Below, piece by piece: positions 27,793 through 36,967 of a stretch of 64,000 bases of DNA. The stretch is from positions 5,893-69,892 of the forward strand of contig JAVEQK010000016.1 in NCBI GenBank assembly GCA_034007705.1, given 5' to 3'. Under the pieces are notes generated by a model. That model searched no databases and was not told where the DNA came from. It saw nothing but the letters and a program-made list of their open reading frames with translations. The DNA comes from Desulfobulbaceae bacterium. Lineage in GTDB: Bacteria > Desulfobacterota > Desulfobulbia > Desulfobulbales > Desulfobulbaceae. How positions within the stretch are numbered: position 1 is the stretch's first letter; the number at the start of each line of letters is the position of its first letter. The position numbers were made by a program, and so were the translations under genes.

Positions 27793-28770
27793 TCACTGGC
27801 GAAAGATGCAGAGCACCAGGAAGGCATTGTAGCCGATATACGCGGCAAACAGGAGCGCCCCTTCAAAGCGGTTGATGCGCCCCTTTCCCGGCCCCCGGAA
27901 CCCGTAGCCGAAGATGAACAGCGACAGGGTCAGCACGGCCATGACCATGATGTCCCTGGAGAAGACCTCGCGACCGACGGTCATGGGCGCAATGCCCCCG
28001 GCAATGCCGACCACGGCCAGGGTGTTGAACAGGTTGGAGCCCAGCACATTGCCCAGGGCGATGTCGTGCTCGCCCTTGCGGATGGCCAGCAGGGACGAGG
28101 CCAGCTCGGGCAGCGACGTGCCCACCGCGATGATGGTCAGGCCGATGATCAGATCGCTGACCCCGAAGCCGCGGGCGATTGCCACCGCCCCCCAGACCAG
28201 CATCCTGGAGCTGGCAATCAGCACGGCCAGGCCGGTGACCAGCAAGAACACCGCCCGGCCCAGGGGCATGGCGTGCATCTCCAGCTCCTGCTCCATCTCG
28301 CTGGCCAGGGGATCAATCATGGTCCGCATGCCCTGGCGGATCGTCCACCCCATCACTCCGCAAAACACCGCCATCAGCACCATGGCCTCCAAGCGGGTGA
28401 TCCGCCCGTCCCAGACCTGCCAGGCCGCCAGGACCGTGACCGCGGTGAGAAGGGGCAGCTCCTTGCGCAGCACCCCCGACTTCACGGCGATGGGACTGAT
28501 AAGAGACGTCAAACCAAGGATCAGGGCAATATTGGCGATGTTGGAACCGTAGGCATTGCCCAGGGCGATGCCCGGATTGCCCTGCAGGGCCGCCAGCGCC
28601 GAGACCACCATTTCCGGCGCCGAGGTCCCGAAGCCGACAATGACCATGCCGATCAGCAGGGGCGGCATGCCGAAATACCGGGCGGCGGCGGCCGATCCCT
28701 CGACAAACCGATCGGCGCTCCAGACCAGCAGGACGAAACCGACGGCAACGGCGAGAAAGGGCACCGTCAT
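27793..28770 (-). CDS. Ca2+/cation antiporter (CaCA family, YrbG-like)
   Basis: Two alpha-repeat regions (GTSAPE and GTSLPE), about 10 TM helices, and a 1-bp gap to the upstream gene. Confidence 0.8.
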   Translation of the reverse strand: MTVPFLAVAVGFVLLVWSADRFVEGSAAAARYFGMPPLLIGMVIVGFGTSAPEMVVSALAALQGNPGIALGNAYGSNIANIALILGLTSLISPIAVKSGVLRKELPLLTAVTVLAAWQVWDGRITRLEAMVLMAVFCGVMGWTIRQGMRTMIDPLASEMEQELEMHAMPLGRAVFLLVTGLAVLIASSRMLVWGAVAIARGFGVSDLIIGLTIIAVGTSLPELASSLLAIRKGEHDIALGNVLGSNLFNTLAVVGIAGGIAPMTVGREVFSRDIMVMAVLTLSLFIFGYGFRGPGKGRINRFEGALLFAAYIGYNAFLVLCIFRQ

Positions 28771-28771
28771 G

Positions 28772-30106
28772 TCATTTCCCTTCCCCGGCCGGGAGCTGTT
28801 CCCCTCCGGCCGTTCCCTCTTCCTTGCCAGGCAGGCGGCTTGCCAGCACCTTGTCGACCCGGTTGCCGTCCATGTCCACCACCTCGAGCCGCCACTGTTC
28901 CCATTCCGCTATGTCGCCGGTGCGGGGTATGTGACCGATCAGCCACATCATCATGCCGCTGAGTGTGTGGTACCTTCCTTTGTCCTCCTCGGGTACACTC
29001 CTCAGTTCGAGACGGTCCTTGAGTTCCGGAATGGGAGACAGGCCCTCCAGCAGCAATGAGCCGTCTTCACGCTCAAACACCCAGACGTCGGAGGGATTCC
29101 GCGGTTTAAACTCGCCGGCCAGGGCCTCCAGCACGTCATGAAGTGTGATCAGTCCCTGGATGCCCCCGTATTCGTCCACCACGAAGACCATCTGCACGCC
29201 GGTGTCGCGGAACTGCTCCAGCAGCTTGATCCCGGTCAGCGATTCGGGCACATACACGCCCGGCTCCAGCTGCTCCGACAGGTCGATCGTCCCTCCCCGT
29301 AATTTCTGGCGGAGCACCTTTTTGGCCGAAAGCACCCCAAGGATATCCTCCAGCCCCCCACGGCAGACCGGAAAACGGGAGTGATAGGAGCTGATCATCT
29401 TTTCCAGGTTCCGGTCCAGGGGCTCATTGACGTCCAGAAAAACGATCTCGCTGCGCGGCGTCATCAGGGAGATAATCTGCCGGTCGTCAAGGCGGAAGAC
29501 GTTGCGCACCATCCGGTGCTCCTGCTTTTCGATCACTCCTGTTTGCGAGCCTTCGGCCAGCATGGCATGGATGTCCTCCTCCGTCAGGTTGGCCCCGCCC
29601 AGGTCGCCCTTGCCCATCAGCCGCAGCAGGGCGTCGGTCGACACGGACAGCAGGGAAACGATGGGACGGGACAGGCGGGCCAGCACCGCAACGGGCCGGG
29701 CCATCCGCCGGGCGATGCCCTCGGCATTGAACTGGGCGAGGCGCTTGGGCACCAGTTCGCCGATGACGATGGTGCAGTAGGTGATGCCGGCGACCACGAT
29801 AATCGAGGCCCCGGTCATGCTGAATTGACGATCAATGCCGATGATCTGCAGCCAGTTGGCAAGCGGTTCCGCCAGGGCGGCCTTGCCGATGAAACCGTTG
29901 AGGATGCCGATGGCGGTGATGCCGATCTGGATGGTCGAAAGAAACTGGGTCGGCTCCTCGCTGAGCCGTATGGCGATCGCCGCGGAGGCGTCGCCGTCAT
30001 CGGCCAGCCGCACCAGGCGGCTCCGACGCGCGGTGACCAGGGCGATCTCCGACATGGCGAAAACGCCGTTGAGCAAAATCAGGACGGTCAGAATCAGTAT
30101 ATCCAA
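28772..30106 (-). CDS. CNNM/HlyC-CorC family transporter (DUF21, CBS pair, CorC_HlyC)
   Basis: TTG start preceded by AAGGAG. The N-terminal DUF21 region has 4 TM helices (SEIALVTARRSRL), followed by a CBS pair and a C-terminal CorC/HlyC transporter-associated domain. Confidence 0.8.
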   Translation of the reverse strand: MDILILTVLILLNGVFAMSEIALVTARRSRLVRLADDGDASAAIAIRLSEEPTQFLSTIQIGITAIGILNGFIGKAALAEPLANWLQIIGIDRQFSMTGASIIVVAGITYCTIVIGELVPKRLAQFNAEGIARRMARPVAVLARLSRPIVSLLSVSTDALLRLMGKGDLGGANLTEEDIHAMLAEGSQTGVIEKQEHRMVRNVFRLDDRQIISLMTPRSEIVFLDVNEPLDRNLEKMISSYHSRFPVCRGGLEDILGVLSAKKVLRQKLRGGTIDLSEQLEPGVYVPESLTGIKLLEQFRDTGVQMVFVVDEYGGIQGLITLHDVLEALAGEFKPRNPSDVWVFEREDGSLLLEGLSPIPELKDRLELRSVPEEDKGRYHTLSGMMMWLIGHIPRTGDIAEWEQWRLEVVDMDGNRVDKVLASRLPGKEEGTAGGEQLPAGEGK

Positions 30107-30379
30107 TTGCGGTCTCCTTACTCGGCCGACGGGTCAGGCAAAACGGGGTTGCGGACGCAGCTGCAGATGCCGCGGGACAACGGTCGGCGGTCGATGCCAA
30201 CGGAAAAACCCTGCAGAATACTACATGGAAAAGAGGGAGTTGAAAATCGCTTTCTCCCCGATGGACACCTTCAGCTGCAAACGGCGCCGGGAAAACCCCT
30301 GTAATCCATCAGTTGACCACCACAGGCAGAAAAGCTGATCCTGTTTCTGCCCCCGTTCACTGCTGATCGCCATCGATCA

Positions 30380-30429
30380 GCTTGACAAAAACAGAGAAAG
30401 GAATACAGTAAACAGTAAGTAATTAATTA
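30380..30429 (+). promoter_or_regulatory. Sigma-70-like promoter (TTGACA-N16-TACAGT) followed by a perfect 14-bp palindrome AGTAATTAATTACT (putative TetR operator)
   Basis: -35 at 30380-30385, -10 at 30402-30407, and the palindrome at 30416-30429, 20 bp before the tetR start. Confidence 0.5.
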
Positions 30430-30449
30430 CTATCTTCCATGGAGGCACC

Positions 30450-31058
30450 ATGCATTCACCCGCCAAACATCTCCCCGCTGAAAAACGCCGCGCCGTCACC
30501 GTCGAGACGGTGATCGAACTGGCCGGGGAGCAGAATCCCAGCGACATCACCACCTCTGCCATCGCCCGGCGGATGGGACTGACCCAGGGCGCCCTGTTCC
30601 GGCACTTCCCCAACAAGGAAGCCATCATCGGCGCGGTGATGGAATGGGTGGCGGAGCGGCTGCTGGCCCGGGTTGAACAAGCGGCGCAAAAGCAGTCGTC
30701 CCCGCTGGCGGCGCTGGAGGCGATGTTCCTGGCCCACGTGGATTTTGTCGCCGAGCATCCCGGCATTCCCCGCATGCTGTTCGGCGAATTGCAGCGGGCC
30801 GGGGAGACCGCTCCCAAGCTTATGGTCCGCACCCTCATTCATCGCTACGGGGAACTGCTCGGCCGAATCATCGAGCTGGGCAAGGAAAGCGGGGAACTGG
30901 ACGACCGCCTCGACACCGAGGCGGCAGCCACCCTGTTTATCGGCACCATCCAGGGACTGGTGATGCAGTCCATGCTGGCCGGTGACGTACAGCGCATCCG
31001 CCGCGAGGCACCTCGGGTTTTCGGCCTCTTCCGGCGGGGCATCAGGAGGACGCCATGA
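30450..31058 (+). CDS. TetR/AcrR family transcriptional regulator
   Basis: N-terminal HTH TTSAIARRMGLTQGALFRHFPNKEAI. 4-bp overlap with the next gene. Confidence 0.85.
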   Translation: MHSPAKHLPAEKRRAVTVETVIELAGEQNPSDITTSAIARRMGLTQGALFRHFPNKEAIIGAVMEWVAERLLARVEQAAQKQSSPLAALEAMFLAHVDFVAEHPGIPRMLFGELQRAGETAPKLMVRTLIHRYGELLGRIIELGKESGELDDRLDTEAAATLFIGTIQGLVMQSMLAGDVQRIRREAPRVFGLFRRGIRRTP

Positions 31059-32206
31059 AACATTTCCCTGTCCGCGGACGCACCCTGGCCCTGCTGGCGG
31101 TTCTTGTCCCTCTGCTGGCCCTTTTTGTCTACGTTGCAGCGCGCTCCGGGCCGCTGGCGCCGGTGAAGGTCACCGTGACCGAGGTGGAGCACAGGAGCAT
31201 TTCCCCGGGCCTGTTCGGCATCGGCACGGTCGAAGCGCGCTTCACCTACCGGATCGGGCCGACATTTGCCGGCCGGCTCCAGCGCCTGGATGTCGACGTG
31301 GGAGCCCGGGTACAGGCCGGGGACATTCTCGGCGAAATGGATCCGGTGGACCTTGACGACCGGCTCCGGGCCCAGCAGGCTGCCCTGCTCCGGGCCGAGG
31401 CGCAGCTGGCCGAGGCCGAAGCGCGCCGGGACCATGCCAGGGTCCAGGAGCGGCGCTACGAAGAACTGTGGCTCGCCCGCTCCGCCAGCGAGGAAACCCA
31501 TGCCACCAAGCGCCAGGAGCTCCAGATTGCCGAGGCGGGACTGAAGGCGGCGACCCAGGAGCTGGCGAGGATACGCGCCGAACTGGAAGCCCTGACCGCC
31601 CAGCGCGAGAACCTGCGGCTGATCGCCCCCGCCGACGGCCTGATCACCGCCCGGGAGATCGAGCCGGGGACCACGGTGGTGGCCGGCCAGACCGTAGTGG
31701 AGATGATCGATCCGGCAAGCGTGTGGATCAATGTCCGCTTTGACCAGATCCAGGCGGGCGGCCTGGCCGCCGACCTGCCGGCGCTCATCGTCCTGCGGTC
31801 GCAGGGCGGTGCTCCGCTCGCCGGGAGCGTTCTCCGGGTGGAGCCGCTGGCGGACGCCGTGACCGAGGAAACCCTGGCCAAGGTGGTCTTCGACCGGCTG
31901 CCGGATCCCCTGCCGCCGGTCGGTGAACTGGCCGAAGTCACGGTGGCCCTGCCGGCCCTGCCCGCTGCCCCCGTGATCAGCAATGCCGCCATTCACCGCA
32001 TCGACGGCCGTCTCGGCGTATGGCTGGTGACGGACGGCGAACCGCGTTTCACCCCGGTCGATCCCGGCACTTCCGACCTGGCGGGGCAGGTGGTGATCCG
32101 GGCGGGTCTCGAACCGGGAGACCGGGTCGTGGCCTACAGCGAAAAGGCCCTGCATGCCCGCAGCCGCATCCATGTGGTGGGGCAGCTGACGGAGGCGCAG
32201 CCATGA
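31055..32206 (+). CDS. Efflux periplasmic adaptor (membrane fusion protein, HlyD/MacA/DevB type)
   Basis: N-terminal anchor, lipoyl-like motifs, a long coiled coil (LRAQQAALLRAEAQLAEAEARR) and a beta-barrel C-terminus. Confidence 0.8.
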   Translation: MKHFPVRGRTLALLAVLVPLLALFVYVAARSGPLAPVKVTVTEVEHRSISPGLFGIGTVEARFTYRIGPTFAGRLQRLDVDVGARVQAGDILGEMDPVDLDDRLRAQQAALLRAEAQLAEAEARRDHARVQERRYEELWLARSASEETHATKRQELQIAEAGLKAATQELARIRAELEALTAQRENLRLIAPADGLITAREIEPGTTVVAGQTVVEMIDPASVWINVRFDQIQAGGLAADLPALIVLRSQGGAPLAGSVLRVEPLADAVTEETLAKVVFDRLPDPLPPVGELAEVTVALPALPAAPVISNAAIHRIDGRLGVWLVTDGEPRFTPVDPGTSDLAGQVVIRAGLEPGDRVVAYSEKALHARSRIHVVGQLTEAQP

Positions 32207-33405
32207 TCAGCCTCGCCGGACGCGACATCCTGCACGCCTGGGGCAAGTTCGTCTTCACCGGTTTCGGCCTGGGGCTGCTGATCGGCGTGACTCTGACCAT
32301 GGCCGGCGTCTACCGCGGCATGGTGGACGACGCCAGGGTCCTTCTCGACAACAGCGGCGCCGACCTCTGGGTGGTGCAGAAAGACACCCTCGGCCCCTAC
32401 GCCGAATCATCAAGCATCTACGACGACGTGTGGCGGAGCGTCCGCGCCATGCCCGGGGTGGCCCGGGCCGCCGGGGTAACCTATCTTACCATGCAGGTGC
32501 GCCTGGGCGACCGCGACGTCCGGGCGATGGTGACCGGCATTGCGGCCGGGCAGCCGGGAATTCCTGGCTGGCCGCCCTATCTCGTCGCCGGCCGCCAGAT
32601 CACCCGCGGCCACTACGAGGCCGTGGCCGACATCGCCGCCGGCTTCAAGCTCGGCGACCGGATCAAGATCCGCCGCAACCACTATACCGTGGTCGGCCTG
32701 ACCCGGCGGATGGTCTCCTCCAACGGCGACCCCATGGTGTTCATTCCCCTGAAGGACGCCCAGGAGGCCCAGTTCCTCAAAGACAACGACGCCGTCCTGC
32801 AGCAGCGCCGCCGCACCGCCGAAAATCCCGCCTTCAACCGGCCCGGCCAGCCCGGGGTGCTGGAGGCGGTGATCGACTCCCAGGGCAGCAACCCTTATGT
32901 CAACGCCGTCCTGGTGCAGGTCGACACGGGACACCGTCCCGACGAAGTGGCCGAGGCCATCCGTCAATGGAAACGGCTGACCGTCTACACCCGGGAGCAG
33001 ATGGAAGGGATTCTGGTGGGCAAGCTGATCGCCACCTCGGCGAAGCAGATCGGCATGTTCCTGGTCATCCTGGCCGTGGTCAGCGCGGCCATCGTCGCCT
33101 TCATCATCTACACCCTGACTCTGGGCAAAATCCGTGAAATAGCGGTGCTGAAACTGATCGGCACCAGGAACCGGACCATCGCCGTGATGATCCTCCAGCA
33201 GGCGGTCGCCCTGGGGGCCATCGGCTTCGTGGTCGGCAAAATCACCGCCACCTTCGGCGCCCCCCTGTTCCCCAAGTACGTGCTGTTGGAGCCGATGGAC
33301 TCGGCGGCCGGATTCATAGCCGTGGTGATCATCTGCGTCCTATCGAGCATCATCGCCATCCGCGCCGCCCTGAGGGTGGACCCGGCCGAGGCCATAGGAG
33401 GCTGA
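32203..33405 (+). CDS. ABC transporter permease, MacB/FtsX (DevC-like) type
   Basis: The start at MISLAGRD overlaps the upstream stop (ATGA). One TM helix, a large periplasmic domain, then a 3-TM FtsX module. Confidence 0.8.
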   Translation: MISLAGRDILHAWGKFVFTGFGLGLLIGVTLTMAGVYRGMVDDARVLLDNSGADLWVVQKDTLGPYAESSSIYDDVWRSVRAMPGVARAAGVTYLTMQVRLGDRDVRAMVTGIAAGQPGIPGWPPYLVAGRQITRGHYEAVADIAAGFKLGDRIKIRRNHYTVVGLTRRMVSSNGDPMVFIPLKDAQEAQFLKDNDAVLQQRRRTAENPAFNRPGQPGVLEAVIDSQGSNPYVNAVLVQVDTGHRPDEVAEAIRQWKRLTVYTREQMEGILVGKLIATSAKQIGMFLVILAVVSAAIVAFIIYTLTLGKIREIAVLKLIGTRNRTIAVMILQQAVALGAIGFVVGKITATFGAPLFPKYVLLEPMDSAAGFIAVVIICVLSSIIAIRAALRVDPAEAIGG

Positions 33406-33406
33406 C

Positions 33407-34117
33407 ATGGACGGCAAGGGCATCCGCATCGAAAACCTGACCAAACGCTACGGCAGCGGGGACACCGCGGTTGACGCCCTCAAAAACGTCAACATGGGGG
33501 TGGTGCCGGGCGAGGTCGTCGGCCTCATCGGTCCCTCGGGTTCCGGCAAGAGCACTCTGCTCAAATGCCTGGGCGCGGTGATCGAGCCCACGGCCGGCCT
33601 CATGGTGCTGGGCGACGAGGTCATTTACGACGGCGGCTGGAGGGTCAGGGACATCCGCGCCCTGCGGCGGGACCGGATCGGCTTCGTCTTTCAGGCGCCC
33701 TATCTTATCCCCTTTCTCGACGTCACCGACAATGTCGCCCTGCCCGCCATGCTGGCCGGGAGAACGAATTCCGATGCCCGCCGGCGGGCGCGGGAGCTGC
33801 TGCAGTCCCTCGATGTAGACCACCGGGCCGCGGCCATGCCTTCCCAGCTCTCCGGCGGCGAGCAGCAGCGGGTGGCCATCGCCCGGGGCCTGGTCAATCA
33901 CCCCCCGGTGATCCTGGCCGACGAACCCACCGCCCCGCTGGACAGCGAACGCGCCCTGGCGGTGATCCGGATCCTCAACGAGATGGCGCGCAAATTTGAG
34001 ACCGCGGTCATCGTCGTCACCCACGACGAAAAGATCATCCCCACCTTCCGGCGCATCTACAACATCCGCGACGGGGTCACCTACGAGGAGCAGGGCGAAG
34101 GCCGCAGTTTCGACTAA
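33407..34117 (+). CDS. ABC transporter ATP-binding protein (MacB/LolD-like)
   Basis: Walker A GPSGSGKST, signature LSGGEQQRVAIARG, Walker B ILADEPT. Confidence 0.9.
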   Translation: MDGKGIRIENLTKRYGSGDTAVDALKNVNMGVVPGEVVGLIGPSGSGKSTLLKCLGAVIEPTAGLMVLGDEVIYDGGWRVRDIRALRRDRIGFVFQAPYLIPFLDVTDNVALPAMLAGRTNSDARRRARELLQSLDVDHRAAAMPSQLSGGEQQRVAIARGLVNHPPVILADEPTAPLDSERALAVIRILNEMARKFETAVIVVTHDEKIIPTFRRIYNIRDGVTYEEQGEGRSFD

Positions 34118-34127
34118 GGAGGACCAT

Positions 34128-34310
34128 ATGCACACCGACGCCGATTCCACGACGCGGTCCGGCACCGCCGCAATCTGGGCGCCGCCGCCTACAACGAGGT
34201 GCTGACGGGCCGGGAAAAACCCTGCAGACCCGCCTCGAAGTGATCGACGCCCGGCCCGACCCCTGGTCAACACCCTGGCCCTGTATCTGGCCATGGGGGG
34301 GAGTGCTTGC
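34128..34310 (+). pseudogene. Probable remnant of an outer-membrane efflux factor (TolC/NodT-family) gene: start codon fused to a frameshifted C-terminal end
   Basis: AAGGAGG-N6-ATG follows the ATPase stop directly, but the ORF is only 25 codons long. Across three frames I read ...AAAYNEVLTGRE / TLQTRLEVIDAR / LVNTLALYLAMGGS. This resembles the conserved OMF C-terminus (..Y..vL.A.r.L......l..A......LY.ALGGGW). Confidence 0.35.
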
Positions 34311-34612
34311 CTGCGGCATGGAAGCGTCGTCGGCACGATGAGGCATCCGCCGTCTCCCAGGTTCTTCCGTGCCCGGATCCAGGTTTCCCATTTGACCACG
34401 ATCCATGCGTTGGAGTACACTGGGATTGTTGTCATTCAACGGATGGAGCATGAGATGATCGGGAAAATACCCTCGATGCCGCCGGGGAAAGGGCCGGAAG
34501 CGCTCCTCGCAACCCCGGAAGGCCGACAGGGAAATCGGCAGCCACCGGCCGCCTGCGCCACCCTGCCCGCCTTTGTCTCGGCCCCGGGCCGCTGCATCTT
34601 GGTGAGCATGAC

Positions 34613-35611
34613 ATGAAACCATGCACCGCCGCGGCAGCCCTGGTCCTGGTGAGCATAATCGCCGCAGCCCGCGCCGGGGCGGTTGAGGAGGAGCCGCCCC
34701 GGGGGACCCTCAGCTTCGTCATCGAAAACGACCTGTTTTACGATATCGACCGCCACTACACCAACGGCGTGCGGCTCATCTGGGTTCCGGACCCGCGGAC
34801 AGCAACGCCGGCGTGGGCCATGAAGCTGGCCCGCCTGGCCCCGTGGTTTCCGGAAGAAGGCCTGGTTCGCCACGGCTATGCCCTCGGCCAGAGCATGTTC
34901 ACCCCGGAGGATATCACCATTGTTGACCCGCCCCTCCGGGACCGTCCCTATGCCGGCTGGCTGTACACCACCATCGGCCTGGGGCTGGAAACGGGCCGGC
35001 AACTCGACCAGTTCGCCCTGGCCGTCGGCATGGTGGGCCCGGCTTCCCTGGCCGAGCAGAGCCAGAAAATCGTCCACCGGACAATCAATTCGGACAAGCC
35101 GGAAGGCTGGGACACCCAGCTCAAAAACGAACCGGGGCTCGTCGCGACCTACCAGCGCAGCTGGCGGCAGTTCGCCGCCGCCGCCTTTTTCGGCAACGAG
35201 CTGGACCTCTCCCCCCATGCTGGTATTGTACTGGGCAACGTGTTCACCTATGCCAACGCCGGGTTGACCCTGCGCTACGGCGGACAGCTGCCCAACGACT
35301 ACGGCCCGCCCCGCATTCAGCCCGGCCTGCCCGGCTCGGCGGACTTCTCGCCCCTGGCCGGTTTCGGCTGGTACCTGTTCGCCGGCGTTGACGTGCGGGC
35401 GGTGGCCCGCAACATCTTTCTCGACGGCAGCACCTTCCGCGACAGCCGCAGCGTGGACAGGGAAATCCTGGTCGGCGACCTGCAGTTCGGCATCGTCCTG
35501 GACTGGCCCGTCGTCCGTTTCAGCTACACCCACGTCTTTCGGACCAGCGAGTTCACCACCCAGCAAAACAACGACAATTTCGGCGCCATCAGCCTGTCGG
35601 TCAAATTCTGA
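34613..35611 (+). CDS. LpxR-family (DUF2219) outer-membrane lipid A deacylase-like protein
   Basis: Signal peptide, LSFVIENDLFYDIDRHYTNGVRLIWV, and a beta-barrel-like alternating pattern ending in F. Confidence 0.55.
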   Translation: MKPCTAAAALVLVSIIAAARAGAVEEEPPRGTLSFVIENDLFYDIDRHYTNGVRLIWVPDPRTATPAWAMKLARLAPWFPEEGLVRHGYALGQSMFTPEDITIVDPPLRDRPYAGWLYTTIGLGLETGRQLDQFALAVGMVGPASLAEQSQKIVHRTINSDKPEGWDTQLKNEPGLVATYQRSWRQFAAAAFFGNELDLSPHAGIVLGNVFTYANAGLTLRYGGQLPNDYGPPRIQPGLPGSADFSPLAGFGWYLFAGVDVRAVARNIFLDGSTFRDSRSVDREILVGDLQFGIVLDWPVVRFSYTHVFRTSEFTTQQNNDNFGAISLSVKF

Positions 35612-35625
35612 TCCCCTAATATTTC

Positions 35626-35642
35626 TTGACAACAGGTGTTGT
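35626..35642 (+). promoter_or_regulatory. TTGACA hexamer overlapped by a perfect 14-bp palindrome ACAACAGGTGTTGT
   Basis: Read directly, about 250 bp upstream of the HlyD-RbbA-YhhJ-like operon. The -10 element is uncertain. Confidence 0.3.
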
Positions 35643-35893
35643 TCATTTAAAACCTGAATCAATCATCATCTTTTGAATCAGTTCGCCATTTTATGCGGGA
35701 GGACAGCCAACCTTCCCGCGGAAAAAGTGAGAAGCGCAGGCAGAGGCGGCAAATGCCCGCCCCTGCCCGGGGGGATGCGGACAGAATTATAAATATTCTC
35801 TTCCGGGGCCCTGGCGGATTCCCGCCGCCGGGAAAACCCGGAGGGCTGTGGCGAAAAAGGCGTGGACGCGCCTGAAACCGTGGAAAATCAACG

Positions 35894-36967
35894 ATGAAGA
35901 CAGAAATCGGAAAGTGGCTGCTTCGCGGCCTGTTGGTACTTGTCTTTGGGGCAGCCGCCATTCTTGCCTGGCTCCAGTATGGGACCAGGAACGAGGCCGA
36001 CAGCATCGCCGGCGGCAACGGGCGCATCGAGGCGGTGGAGTTCGACGTCACCGCCAGGCTGCCTGGGCGGATCACGGAAATCACGGTGCGCGAAGGTGAT
36101 TTCGTCACCGCCGGCCAGGTGGCAGCTCGCATGGACACCGCCGCACTGGAGGCCCAACTGCGCCAGGCCGAGGCGCAGCTGCGTGAAGCGGAAAGCGGGG
36201 TCGTCACCGCCCGCAGCCAGGTGGTGCTGAGGGAGGCGGAAAAAACCGCGGCCCTGGCGCTGCTGGCCCAGCGCGAGACGGAACTCGACATCGCCCGCAC
36301 CCGCCTGTCGCGCTCTTCGGTGCTGGCAAAACAAGGGGCCGCCTCCCAGCAGAAAGCAGACGACGACAGGGCCAGCGTCAAAGGGGCTGAAGCCGCCGTC
36401 AGCGCAGTGCATGCCCAGATCGCCGCCGCCGATGCGGCCATCGCCACCGCCCGTGCCCAGGTCACCGGAGCGGAATCGGCGATGGAAGCGGCAAAGGCCG
36501 CCATTGATCGCATCCGCGCCGATATTTCCGACTGCACGCTCATTGCACCACGGGACGGCCGCATCCAGTACCTCGTGGCCCGGGAGGGTGAAGTGGTGGG
36601 CGCAGGCGGCCGGGTACTGAACATGATCGACCTGGCCGATGTATATATGACGTTCTTCCTGCCCACGGCCCAGGCGGGCAGGATTGCCCTGGGCGGCGAG
36701 GTGCGGCTGGTGCTTGACGCCGCGCCCGGGTACGTGATCCCGGCAACAGTGTCCTTTGTCGCCGACGTCGCCCAGTTTACGCCCAAAACCGTGGAAACCG
36801 CGGAAGAAAGAGAAAAACTCATGTTCCGGGTCCGGGCCGCCATTCCGCCCGAACTGCTCAGAAAGCACATCCTGCGGGTCAAGACCGGGCTGCCGGGCAT
36901 GGCCTATGTCCGGCTTGACCCGGCGGTTCCGTGGCCGGCCCACCTGCAGGTGAACGTGCCCCAATGA
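35894..36967 (+). CDS. HlyD-family secretion/adaptor protein (YhiI/YbhG-like)
   Basis: N-terminal TM helix, long Ala-rich coiled coils, and a 4-bp overlap with the next gene. Confidence 0.8.
   Translation: MKTEIGKWLLRGLLVLVFGAAAILAWLQYGTRNEADSIAGGNGRIEAVEFDVTARLPGRITEITVREGDFVTAGQVAARMDTAALEAQLRQAEAQLREAESGVVTARSQVVLREAEKTAALALLAQRETELDIARTRLSRSSVLAKQGAASQQKADDDRASVKGAEAAVSAVHAQIAAADAAIATARAQVTGAESAMEAAKAAIDRIRADISDCTLIAPRDGRIQYLVAREGEVVGAGGRVLNMIDLADVYMTFFLPTAQAGRIALGGEVRLVLDAAPGYVIPATVSFVADVAQFTPKTVETAEEREKLMFRVRAAIPPELLRKHILRVKTGLPGMAYVRLDPAVPWPAHLQVNVPQ

Noticed and set aside
30190-30265. Minus-strand leader of the CNNM/CorC gene contains GGGGAGAAAGCG and GUUGGCA, reminiscent of the yybP-ykoY Mn2+ riboswitch.
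   Set aside because: The flanking sequences cannot form the required closing helix: the 3' GACC is not followed by a complement of the 5' flank. The conserved GGGGAGUAGC is mutated at two positions.
34128-34205. 25-codon ORF (MHTDADSTTRSGTAAIWAPPPTTRC) with an excellent RBS, considered as a genuine micro-protein.
   Set aside because: The composition is unremarkable. The surrounding frames carry OMF C-terminal-like fragments, so a decayed gene start explains it better. This is kept as a pseudogene call at low confidence.
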